Shown in pieces: positions 1 to 7,689 of a stretch of DNA of 64,000 bases. The position numbers were made by a program, and so were the translations under genes. A model generated the notes under the pieces. The model searched no databases, was not told where the DNA came from, and saw only the letters and a program-made list of their open reading frames with translations. Source of the DNA: Candidatus Marsarchaeota archaeon (lineage in GTDB: Archaea; Micrarchaeota; Micrarchaeia; Micrarchaeales; CABMGC01); the NCBI GenBank assembly GCA_023379055.1, contig JAMCSX010000009.1, positions 10,625-74,624 on the forward strand. Reading direction: 5' to 3'. Each line of letters begins with the position of its first letter. The stretch's first letter is position 1.

Positions 1-2
1 TC

Positions 3-1319
3 AGGCACCAGAAGCACAGTCTGAACGGATTAGATGAAATAACGAAGCCATTATCAAAACTACTTAGCCACATAAATGACAACGGATTTACAAAAGCATC
101 GCTTGCATATAGATGGTATGAGGCATCGTGGTTCAGGGATTCGTCAATGATAGCAATCGGCCTTTGCAAGGTTGCTGAATTTCTCAGATCATCACAAGAC
201 CCGAGATATTTAGAGTCTGAAACGGCAGCAGGCAATATAATAAAGTTTCTGTGGGGATCACTAGATAAATTTCATTCGAATATCGAGAGAGCAATTTCTG
301 CGGATACTGCATCAGATAGATTCAGGTGCCTGGAAAACCATGTGCCTGCCAGAATTGGAGAAGATGGAGGCTACTTTTCATGTATGCAGGAGGGTATGCC
401 GTACTCTGATGCTAAAGAAGATAACAAGTATATAAGATTACGGCAGTATGATTCAGTGCCGCTTACGATAATGGCTACTGAAATGATTATGGATACCATA
501 GGAGAGAATGCGTTTGACACGTCAACCAAGAGGAACATACGGTCAAATCTCGGAAATCTTACTGCATATATGCTTAAAGTATACAGAACCGCAAGCGCAA
601 ATGCATGGGAACTGGATGACAATGAGGTACATTCATACACGGTTGCATCAATATCAAAAGGGATTAGAAGCGCAATGTTCATAGCGGAAAGATTAGGAAT
701 AGACCTTAGCTCCCTGGGAGATATTAATGAAAGAGTATGCGAGATAGACAGATTTATCAAGGAGACATTTGTAAGAGATGACATACTATTTAAATCTGCA
801 ACTAGCACAGGAGGCACATCTGTTGTGACAGAACCTATCAGACAGGTTGATGCGTCTGCAATATTTGTTTTTACGCTTTTCAAGCCACAGATTGGGAAAA
901 ACGTAGAAAAGGCCACTATAGAACGGCTTGAGGCTGACCTGTTTAATGGAAATGTGCTGCCGATAAGGTACCTTGATGATACATATTTTTCAGGTGGTAG
1001 ATGGCCGCTCCTTGGACTCGAATTTGCAAAGTACTATGCAGAGAGGGGTGACACTGAATCGGCATACAAAATAATCAGATATGTGAAGGAGCAATACCTC
1101 GATATAACCGGCGATGGCACGATACCAGAGCAGGAACTGGTGAATCCTGCGCATCCAAATGAGGACCTTGATAACTGGTTCAAGAAGAATGGAAATAAAG
1201 TGATAGGCGAACTTGGGTGGGCAGCAGCAGAGTATCTGATGGCAGTAGTTGCATACGACAAAGCAGTAAAGGACACTGTTGGCAAAGAGGCGCTTGCCGC
1301 AGTAGTAAGGGAAAAGTAG
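3..1319 (+). CDS. Glycoside hydrolase family 15 (glucoamylase-like); 5' end runs off the window
   Basis: The frame of track ORF 147..1319 stays open back to nt 3 (..YRWYEASWFRDSSMIA..). GH15-like motifs WELDDNEVHSYT and GGRWPLLGLEFAKYY. Confidence 0.7.
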   Translation, partial: RHQKHSLNGLDEITKPLSKLLSHINDNGFTKASLAYRWYEASWFRDSSMIAIGLCKVAEFLRSSQDPRYLESETAAGNIIKFLWGSLDKFHSNIERAISADTASDRFRCLENHVPARIGEDGGYFSCMQEGMPYSDAKEDNKYIRLRQYDSVPLTIMATEMIMDTIGENAFDTSTKRNIRSNLGNLTAYMLKVYRTASANAWELDDNEVHSYTVASISKGIRSAMFIAERLGIDLSSLGDINERVCEIDRFIKETFVRDDILFKSATSTGGTSVVTEPIRQVDASAIFVFTLFKPQIGKNVEKATIERLEADLFNGNVLPIRYLDDTYFSGGRWPLLGLEFAKYYAERGDTESAYKIIRYVKEQYLDITGDGTIPEQELVNPAHPNEDLDNWFKKNGNKVIGELGWAAAEYLMAVVAYDKAVKDTVGKEALAAVVREK

Positions 1320-1357
1320 CTAGATCGCGATGAATATATGCAGATACATTATTAAAA

Positions 1358-2386
1358 TTGCGGAGCACAGCATTATCTGAAATTATGGATACAGACATGT
1401 GGATTAGAGCCTTTGGAGGATTCTATAACCCTAGATCGAACACAAAGAAGCTCGACAGCGTGTCAAAATGGCTATTTGCCTCAAGGAGCGTGATATGGAT
1501 AATATCCGCGCAGGCTGCAATAATTGCAGGAATACTCTCATTTGCGTCGGGGAGATTCAATGCAGTATATTTTGTGCTTTTACTTGCAGGCTTTGTGATA
1601 GCTCATGCAACAAGCAACCTGCTAAACGATTATTTTGGATATAAAAGAGGGCAAGATAAAGAGAACACACCAAGGCGATTATATACAATACATCCAATTG
1701 CAGATGGCCTTGTTACTGCCAAGGAATTAATAAATGCCATAATCCTGCTCATGATTGCAGGGCTCCTGATAGCAACGTATTTCGTGCTCGTAAGGGGATA
1801 TATGACCATATTGTTCCTTGCTGTTGGCTCACTGTTTCTTTTTGGATACGATGCATCTCCCATTACCCTAAAGAGCATTGGACTTGGGGAGATATCGGCT
1901 TTTATAGTGTGGGGACCGCTCATGGTTGGAGGAGGTTACTACATTATAACAGGATTAGTGAATACAAATGCATTTATTGCAGGCATACCGTATGGATTGG
2001 GAGTAATGTCGGTACTCATAGGTAAACATATAGACCAGATAGGGTTTGATAAAAAGGAGAAACAACATACGCTCCCGGTAATTCTTGGGGAATCGAAGGC
2101 AAGGATTCTGAATATTATTGTGATAGCTGCCATGTATATCAGTACAATGTTAATGGCATTCTATGAGATTGTTACATTTTTCGCTATGGCAGTGCTGCTC
2201 AATCTTTTTAATGCAACTTATGCAATAGGAGTCCTCTCAGAGAAAAGGCCAAAAACCCCACCAAAAGGATATGCAGGGTGGCCGCTTTGGTACCATAGGG
2301 CTTCTTTAAGTCACAATAGGAAGTTTGGATGGTTGTATATAATTGGATTAACTATCGGGACGTTATTCAGATTTTTGATGCACTAG
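1358..2386 (+). CDS. UbiA-family polyprenyltransferase, MenA-like
   Basis: 342 aa, many hydrophobic helices. Prenyl-diphosphate binding motif NLLNDYFGYKRGQD resembles MenA-type N-D/E-Y-x-D-x3-G-x-D. Confidence 0.6.
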   Translation: MRSTALSEIMDTDMWIRAFGGFYNPRSNTKKLDSVSKWLFASRSVIWIISAQAAIIAGILSFASGRFNAVYFVLLLAGFVIAHATSNLLNDYFGYKRGQDKENTPRRLYTIHPIADGLVTAKELINAIILLMIAGLLIATYFVLVRGYMTILFLAVGSLFLFGYDASPITLKSIGLGEISAFIVWGPLMVGGGYYIITGLVNTNAFIAGIPYGLGVMSVLIGKHIDQIGFDKKEKQHTLPVILGESKARILNIIVIAAMYISTMLMAFYEIVTFFAMAVLLNLFNATYAIGVLSEKRPKTPPKGYAGWPLWYHRASLSHNRKFGWLYIIGLTIGTLFRFLMH

Positions 2387-2446
2387 CACGTGAATCCTGG
2401 CGCAATCTTATTCAAAGAAAATGCACACATATCCACATTGTTTTAA

Positions 2447-2719
2447 AATATAATTACGCCATTCGCAGATTTCGTTGAAGAGGTACTTGGAAAAAAGTCA
2501 TGCTCTGAAAAACCTGGCGATATTGAATCGGACCAATCAAAAGTAAATATACAGAGGATATTCAAATGCGGTGCATGTGGGACGCCGCTTTCTGGGCAGC
2601 AGGCACTTTACTGTGATGGGTGCGGCCAGTACCATTGTTATGCATGTGGAATAGCCGATGGTGACAGGGTGTGGGACTGCCCAAACTGCGTCATAGAGAT
2701 ACAAAGAGTAAATATCTAG
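2447..2719 (+). CDS. Small zinc-ribbon ORF with four CxxC pairs but no canonical start codon (possible pseudogene)
   Basis: Open frame ..KCGACGTPLSGQQALYCDGCGQYHCYACGIADGDRVWDCPNCVIEIQRVNI*. The only in-frame ATG/GTG/TTG after the upstream TAA (2444) is a GTG (~2666) far inside the Cys-rich core. TATA-like TTTTAAAATATAATT at 2441-2455. Confidence 0.3.
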   Translation, partial: NIITPFADFVEEVLGKKSCSEKPGDIESDQSKVNIQRIFKCGACGTPLSGQQALYCDGCGQYHCYACGIADGDRVWDCPNCVIEIQRVNI

Positions 2720-2732
2720 CTCTTATTCTTCA

Positions 2733-2744
2733 CTGCGGCATTTA
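2733..2744 (+). repeat. 12-nt direct repeat CTGCGGCATTTA, upstream copy of the tRNA-Phe 3' end plus flank
   Basis: Identical to 2838-2849 (last 8 nt of tRNA-Phe plus 4 flanking nt). Confidence 0.8.
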
Positions 2745-2771
2745 AAAGAATTTAGTGTAAATGATAATCAC

Positions 2772-2845
2772 GCCTCAGTAGCTCAGTCTGGGAGAGCGTC
2801 CCGCTGAAGACGGGAAGGTCGTCGGTTCAAATCCGACCTGCGGCA
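2772..2845 (+). tRNA. tRNA-Phe (anticodon GAA), no intron, CCA not encoded
   Basis: Cloverleaf: GCCTCAG/CTGCGGC acceptor (U4-C69 mismatch), D arm GCTC-AGTCTGGGA-GAGC, anticodon arm TCCCG-CTGAAGA-CGGGA, T arm GTCGG-TTCAAAT-CCGAC. Confidence 0.9.
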
Positions 2846-2869
2846 TTTATGCTTTACGAGGATAGCAAT

Positions 2870-3073
2870 TCAACTTAGATACATAAACCTTGAAAGAAGG
2901 TAGACAGGGCTGACAAGAAGTCCACAGTAATGCAGCTTTGGGACTTTATCCATTTCTTTTGGCCTATTTCGATTGAACGGGTTACCAAATCTATTCAAAT
3001 ATTGCTCCGTCAGCCGATTTTGTCTCAAAGCCCAATAATGCCTTTGGGTATGCTGTTTGCTGATACGTTCTCC
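2870..3073 (-). pseudogene. Tyrosine recombinase C-terminal fragment (box II region)
   Basis: Minus-strand frame reads GERISKQHTQRHYWALRQNRLTEQYLNRFGNP..KLHY. This parallels GIEKRIYPHLFRHSRASNYANKLTEQQLKAVFGW..TYVH of the intact integrase at 11824-13008. It is preceded by an in-frame stop and ends 25 nt from the tRNA-Phe 3' end. Confidence 0.45.
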
Positions 3074-3140
3074 TCAAAACTGGGAAAGAGCAAAAGCAAA
3101 TATATAAAACATTATAAGGGCAAGATGTGAATGTGATTTT

Positions 3141-3743
3141 ATGGTGACATTCAAGATAATTGGAGTGGCGGTGGCCGTCATAGCGATAGTTTTCATTGCC
3201 CTGATTTTGGGCGGTTTCGCTGGAAAGCAGGTGCCCTCCGCGCCTGTGACTACGGTATCAACGCAGAACAACAGGGTTGCAAGCACAACGGTACTGCCTT
3301 CTCCAACGCGACCATACATAACCCAGAGCCAAGCAGAGGGCTTCATAGGCCCTGTGCAGACAAGTAGCATAAAGGCGTTTAACACCTCCGCCGCAATCTC
3401 CAAACTCAGTCAAAGCTTGGTAGCAAATGCAAGCGCAGCGTGGGTGGTAACCTACAGAGGTGCGCATAACGCCACTATCAGCGAGGTTATTGTAGAGGCA
3501 ATTAATTCTAGCAAGGCGCAAGCCATGTATAATTTAATGACAGCAAACGTGCAGTACCATCCCAATTACAACTTTGGCACATATGATAACATGTCATACC
3601 TTGAGGTGCCATACAACCAGACCGAACATCAAGCCGGGTTATTGGCCAGGCAGGGGCGCTATGACCTCTTCGCGTTTGTAGCAAATGAGAGCGCGGCGAA
3701 TATTACCAGCCTAACGCACGTGGTGGCGGGAGACCTAACTTGA
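3141..3743 (+). CDS. Membrane-anchored extracellular protein, unknown function
   Basis: N-terminal hydrophobic anchor IIGVAVAVIAIVFIALILGGFAG, then a domain with several N-x-S/T sequons. TATA-like AAATATATAAAAC about 30 nt upstream. Confidence 0.5.
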   Translation: MVTFKIIGVAVAVIAIVFIALILGGFAGKQVPSAPVTTVSTQNNRVASTTVLPSPTRPYITQSQAEGFIGPVQTSSIKAFNTSAAISKLSQSLVANASAAWVVTYRGAHNATISEVIVEAINSSKAQAMYNLMTANVQYHPNYNFGTYDNMSYLEVPYNQTEHQAGLLARQGRYDLFAFVANESAANITSLTHVVAGDLT

Positions 3744-3746
3744 TAG

Positions 3747-4337
3747 CTACTTCAGGAATGGTGCAAAAGATAACGCAAGGGCTTGCAAGAAGCAGGAAGA
3801 GCGGAGCAAGGTATCCAGAGTCATGGCTTTCTCTGTCTTGACCACTAGCTCCCTGCTCTCGAACCTAATATCCTTTAGGTTTATCCTTACAGCTTCGCCT
3901 ATCCTGAGACCTAACTGCGATTGGTAAAGGAAGAGTAACCTGAATTTCTCGTTATCTATGGCCTTGAAGAACCTCTGCACCTCTTGTTCAGTAAACCCCT
4001 TGTTCAGCGAGCCATACTTAGGTATTCGGCTCCTCTGGAAGCGTTTCCTGAACTGCTGCATAACCATCTTGCGTACTTCTACGAGATGGTGCTTCGGCAA
4101 GGTAGGTAAGTACCTCTCCAATTCGCCCTTTATGAGTGCGAACTGCTGTTTGGAACTGCACCCGGAGGCTTGATGGGATTCGGCTTTGAAACCGCAATCG
4201 CACCCAGACCCGCTTGCGTGTTTGTCGCATGAATTTTCCTCATCTTCTTGATAAAACTTCTTCCCAAGAAGTTTTATGGACTCGGCGGACGTCGATAAAC
4301 CAGTATGATTTACTAACCATTTATTTACCTTTTGCAA
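3747..4337 (-). pseudogene. Tyrosine recombinase, N-terminal two-thirds only (truncated)
   Basis: FTEQEVQRFFKAIDNEKFRLLFLYQSQLGLRIGEAVRINLKDIRF..VVKTEK gives box I Arg and the beta-hairpin Lys. HxxR and Tyr are missing. Cys-rich N-terminal stretch CDKHASGSGCDCG. Confidence 0.6.
4276..4288 (+). repeat. 13-nt direct repeat ATGGACTCGGCGG (candidate att core; matches the tRNA-Ala 3' end)
   Basis: Identical to 13082-13094. Lies inside codons 17-21 of the truncated integrase ORF. Confidence 0.4.
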
Positions 4338-4342
4338 TGTTT

Positions 4343-5272
4343 TTAACTTGCAAGAGCATTTAATCGAGATTTTGCTTGCGAACCATCAGAACCGTCGAAA
4401 AAACTTGAATATTTCTTACCATCACCAAGATATGCAAAAGCACCTGCAAAGGTCTTTATAAGAGTCAGTTCTATGCGCCCCACATACATCAATTTTTCTG
4501 TAAGAGATTTAGGGACACACAAGAAATACAAATTTGCAGTATACGTCTTAAGATCTTTTATAATCTCATCAGAGCAATATTTTTTAGATAGTTTTATAAT
4601 ATCGGAGGCCAACGCTTGCATTTCTGTAAAGTTTGCTTTTACGTGTTTTTCAGCAAAACTATCAAAACTATCCTCTTTCCTTAAGTCCTCTATACTTGGC
4701 ATCTTCTTAGCTATTTTTGGACTATTTGATAGCACCCATGTAAGCGAAGCAATGTCATCTAAGATATCAGCTAAGAAACCCATAGCATTTGTTATCAATA
4801 ATTCCTGCCCTTTTTGAGATGTGTCTCTTCGATTGTTTAATCTAATCTCAGACACGAATGAGCGGAACCACTTTGAATCTATTATCATGCTAAGCACCAA
4901 TTCCTCGTCTTTTGATAAAGCATATGCTTCTTTATCTTTAGATTTTGAACTTGGAGATTTTGAATTTAGGACATTCCTGATGTAATGAATCAATGGTTTT
5001 GGTGTTGATATAAGTAAAGGGTTTAATTTTGGATTATAAGCCCCTTCGTCCTTTTCATATCTTTTTATATATCCTAAAGCCATCAGGTCTTTTCTTGCAT
5101 CTATTATTGGTTTTTGGTTTACCTTTCTAAGGTCTTTTTGCCCGTATACAAACCTTGCAACAGCTGCTTGGGAACTGGGATTAAAGAACGATAGGTATAC
5201 AACAGAATTAGATTCGTATGCTTTGTTTGTCCTTCCAACTAGCCCTTTTAACTCCTCATCTATGTTCTTCAT
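4343..5272 (-). CDS. Hypothetical protein (island ORFan)
   Basis: 309-aa AT-rich ORF. Its stop is 5 nt before the integrase-fragment start. No family motif recognised. Confidence 0.5.
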   Translation of the reverse strand: MKNIDEELKGLVGRTNKAYESNSVVYLSFFNPSSQAAVARFVYGQKDLRKVNQKPIIDARKDLMALGYIKRYEKDEGAYNPKLNPLLISTPKPLIHYIRNVLNSKSPSSKSKDKEAYALSKDEELVLSMIIDSKWFRSFVSEIRLNNRRDTSQKGQELLITNAMGFLADILDDIASLTWVLSNSPKIAKKMPSIEDLRKEDSFDSFAEKHVKANFTEMQALASDIIKLSKKYCSDEIIKDLKTYTANLYFLCVPKSLTEKLMYVGRIELTLIKTFAGAFAYLGDGKKYSSFFDGSDGSQAKSRLNALAS

Positions 5273-5399
5273 AAATACACCTAATGCGAGATCATGTTAA
5301 CGATTACAACATTTATAACAATTCACAACAAATAGAACAATATATATGTTTGTATCTACATCATGTATCTTAGTAAATGTCTTTCAAGTGGTTGATGTT

Positions 5400-5543
5400 A
5401 TGAAAGGAATAAGTGTATATCTAGCTGCTGATGAGATTGCCTTCTTAGACAAGAAAGTAAGCGAGGGATACAAGATCAGTTCCCTTGTCAGGCATATCAT
5501 ATCTGAATGGATAAAGAATGAGTGTGATAAAAATGACGCTTAG
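5400..5543 (+). CDS. Ribbon-helix-helix (CopG/Arc-like) DNA-binding protein
   Basis: MKGISVYLAADEIAFLDKKVSEGYKISSLVRHIISEWI fits a beta-strand/helix/helix pattern. Internal ATG of track ORF 5346..5543. Confidence 0.55.
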   Translation: MKGISVYLAADEIAFLDKKVSEGYKISSLVRHIISEWIKNECDKNDA

Positions 5544-5769
5544 CGAAGCCGACATTGAACGATATTGCACAGCTATTCGCTGGTCGCAGATTCCCGACAA
5601 TCGAGAATCGCTAGAGCCAGAGCTTAAGGAACTATTGGAGCTCATTGAAAGAAAAATGGATAAATTAAAGCCAAGACAGAAATTGCAGGTAGTTGTAAGT
5701 TTTAGTGCTAAAAATCAACCCCTGACCTTTACCTCAACGCTCTTACCATATACTACTAGAACGGTGTAA
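5518..5769 (+). CDS. Hypothetical small protein
   Basis: 83-aa ORF overlapping the RHH gene end; part of a tight same-strand block. Confidence 0.35.
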   Translation: MSVIKMTLSEADIERYCTAIRWSQIPDNRESLEPELKELLELIERKMDKLKPRQKLQVVVSFSAKNQPLTFTSTLLPYTTRTV

Positions 5770-5771
5770 AA

Positions 5772-6071
5772 ATGCAAAACGAAAAAATTCAATTGGATAT
5801 GATGAGTAAACCCATAGAGAAGTTATTACGTCATGAAACTAGGCGACTAGTAATATTGATAGGCAACGTTGTCGAAGGGCAAGATGTTGATATGCAAGAA
5901 CTTTCTCTAATTTGGGGGACTGATAAGCAATGGCCCTATAATAAAACTGCACTGTTGGTGACGGCTATGAAACTCGCAAATATGGTCAAGGAGCATCATT
6001 CTCATAAAAAGAAAATATACGAGATAAATAGGCAATTGATACTTGACTTTTTGGATAGCCCAAAAGAATGA
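5772..6071 (+). CDS. Hypothetical small protein
   Basis: 99-aa ORF starting 2 nt after the preceding stop. Confidence 0.4.
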   Translation: MQNEKIQLDMMSKPIEKLLRHETRRLVILIGNVVEGQDVDMQELSLIWGTDKQWPYNKTALLVTAMKLANMVKEHHSHKKKIYEINRQLILDFLDSPKE

Positions 6072-6312
6072 TAATATGCGCAAACATGTATCTATCTCTA
6101 ATGGCCTTGATATGGTCATAAATGATATTAAAAAGATAGAAGAGACTAAAACGTTGGATAATAGTTATTCTAAAATTCTGAATTATTTGGCCGTATTGGG
6201 AGTTGAAAGGTATAATGAGTTGTTCAAAATTAAATTAAAGATACCTGAATTTGATTTTGATAAATATTATCGACAAATTTATAATAACAAAGTTAAGAAG
6301 GGGGAGGGGTAG
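6043..6312 (+). CDS. Hypothetical small protein
   Basis: 89-aa ORF overlapping the previous one by 29 nt. Its stop lies in the G-rich arm of an inverted repeat. Confidence 0.35.
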   Translation: MTFWIAQKNDNMRKHVSISNGLDMVINDIKKIEETKTLDNSYSKILNYLAVLGVERYNELFKIKLKIPEFDFDKYYRQIYNNKVKKGEG

Positions 6313-6346
6313 GGTGTGTATGAAGGTGTCTCTTATTTACTTTACT

Positions 6347-6368
6347 TATACTTATGTACATAAGTATA
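6347..6368. repeat. 22-bp perfect palindrome TATACTTATGTACATAAGTATA
   Basis: The reverse complement is identical. Lies in non-coding AT-rich DNA. Confidence 0.9.
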
Positions 6369-6426
6369 GTAGTACTATGTATGATGTTAACTATTCTCTC
6401 TACCCTCCCCTCCTCACTACAGAATA

Positions 6427-6455
6427 CACAGCGGTTCGCTTCGCGAACCGCTGTG
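6427..6455. repeat. GC-rich hairpin, 13-bp perfect stem with 3-nt loop
   Basis: CACAGCGGTTCGC-TTC-GCGAACCGCTGTG. Confidence 0.9.
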
Positions 6456-6564
6456 AGTTTTCAACTGCTTAGACGACAAATACACCTATGGTTTAATATG
6501 GTACCATAATGTCTAATACGCACAATGGTGTTGTAATTAGACATTCAAATGTAGAGGCTTGAGT

Positions 6565-7596
6565 TTAGCTTATTCCTGCTTCGATATTCTGCATGGTAGT
6601 ATTGAATGCCTGCTGTGTGCAAAGAGAGCCCGAGCAGCTTACTATAGACAGGAAGTTGGACTGCTGCACCATAGCAGTAAATGAATTAGGGTTCACAGTT
6701 AAGTCTTCAATATACTGAAGATTGCCCGCAGAGCCTGATTGCTGTGCATGTGGCGCTTGATTGGCAAGTATTATGCCTGCCTGTGGCGTTTCCACTACCA
6801 ATTCTGTAAAGTTCGTTGCATATGTGTGATTGTAGTATGTTATGTAATAAGAAGAGCCTGCATTGGTATTTTGAAAGGTGAAGTTGAATAGCAGCGTCTG
6901 AATCTGGGTCGGGAATAGCAAGTCTAAGGATCCTATTGGTAACTCGCCTGCGTTCAGTGCCGACTCGCTGTATATGCCGCTACCATACACACCCTGTAGT
7001 TGCTGCTGAGTTAGATAAGGCTTGTTCAGGTTGACTGAGTTGCTGGTTGGTGGAGCGTAGTAGTTAGAGTTAGCAAGAACAACATAGACCACCCAAATTA
7101 TGAATAGGAATGCGATAGAGCCGCCCATTGCCTTTGTCATGCCTCTTTGTTTAAAGCTTAACTGCCTGAGCGATGCACCAATTATTAAACTGACCAATAT
7201 CAAAACGAATGATGCAACTATGAGCATAACACTGAATGTTAAGCTTGCAAGCAGTAAGAATACAAATAAGACTGCGATGACATTCTCAACTGTCCATACC
7301 TTATGTGATGTGGCGAAGTCGTATATAACGAATAAGACGAACAGCACTATGAAGCTGCCTAGAAATAATGGAGAGCTAAATGCAGTGCCGAGTCCTATGC
7401 CTGTTATTGCATTGAACAGTTTGATTGAAGGCAACGTCAGGATAAACAGGACTACTGTCATTATCACAGATTTGATTAGAAGCTTTGGCAGGGCAGTTTT
7501 TAGCATGCTACTTACTGCCTGATTCTGTTGTGTATTGCTATGCTGAGACGGCACATGGTATCTGCGCCACCTATGGTATCTGCGTCTTCCTGACAT
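6565..7596 (-). CDS. Polytopic membrane protein with C-terminal extracellular domain, unknown function
   Basis: Basic N-terminus MSGRRRYHRWRRYH, about 5 hydrophobic helices, then a sequon-rich domain beginning PYLTQQQLQGVYG. Confidence 0.55.
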   Translation of the reverse strand: MSGRRRYHRWRRYHVPSQHSNTQQNQAVSSMLKTALPKLLIKSVIMTVVLFILTLPSIKLFNAITGIGLGTAFSSPLFLGSFIVLFVLFVIYDFATSHKVWTVENVIAVLFVFLLLASLTFSVMLIVASFVLILVSLIIGASLRQLSFKQRGMTKAMGGSIAFLFIIWVVYVVLANSNYYAPPTSNSVNLNKPYLTQQQLQGVYGSGIYSESALNAGELPIGSLDLLFPTQIQTLLFNFTFQNTNAGSSYYITYYNHTYATNFTELVVETPQAGIILANQAPHAQQSGSAGNLQYIEDLTVNPNSFTAMVQQSNFLSIVSCSGSLCTQQAFNTTMQNIEAGIS

Positions 7597-7689
7597 ACGA
7601 AGTTATATGACTAGAACGCTTTTATACTTTCCCGAAAGAGATAAATGTCCTGAATCATAATAGTCTGATAGATAAATTATGGTGGCAAC

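Noticed and set aside
2930-3403. Track ORFs 2930-3130 (+) and 3074-3403 (-).
   Set aside because: The first overlaps the integrase C-terminal fragment on the other strand and has no features. The second is antisense to the 3141-3743 gene and is hydrophobic nonsense.
6251-6472. 73-aa + strand ORF in the island's central spacer.
   Set aside because: It is made up of the palindrome and inverted-repeat DNA. The composition is repetitive (Y/T/L) and has no coding-like features.
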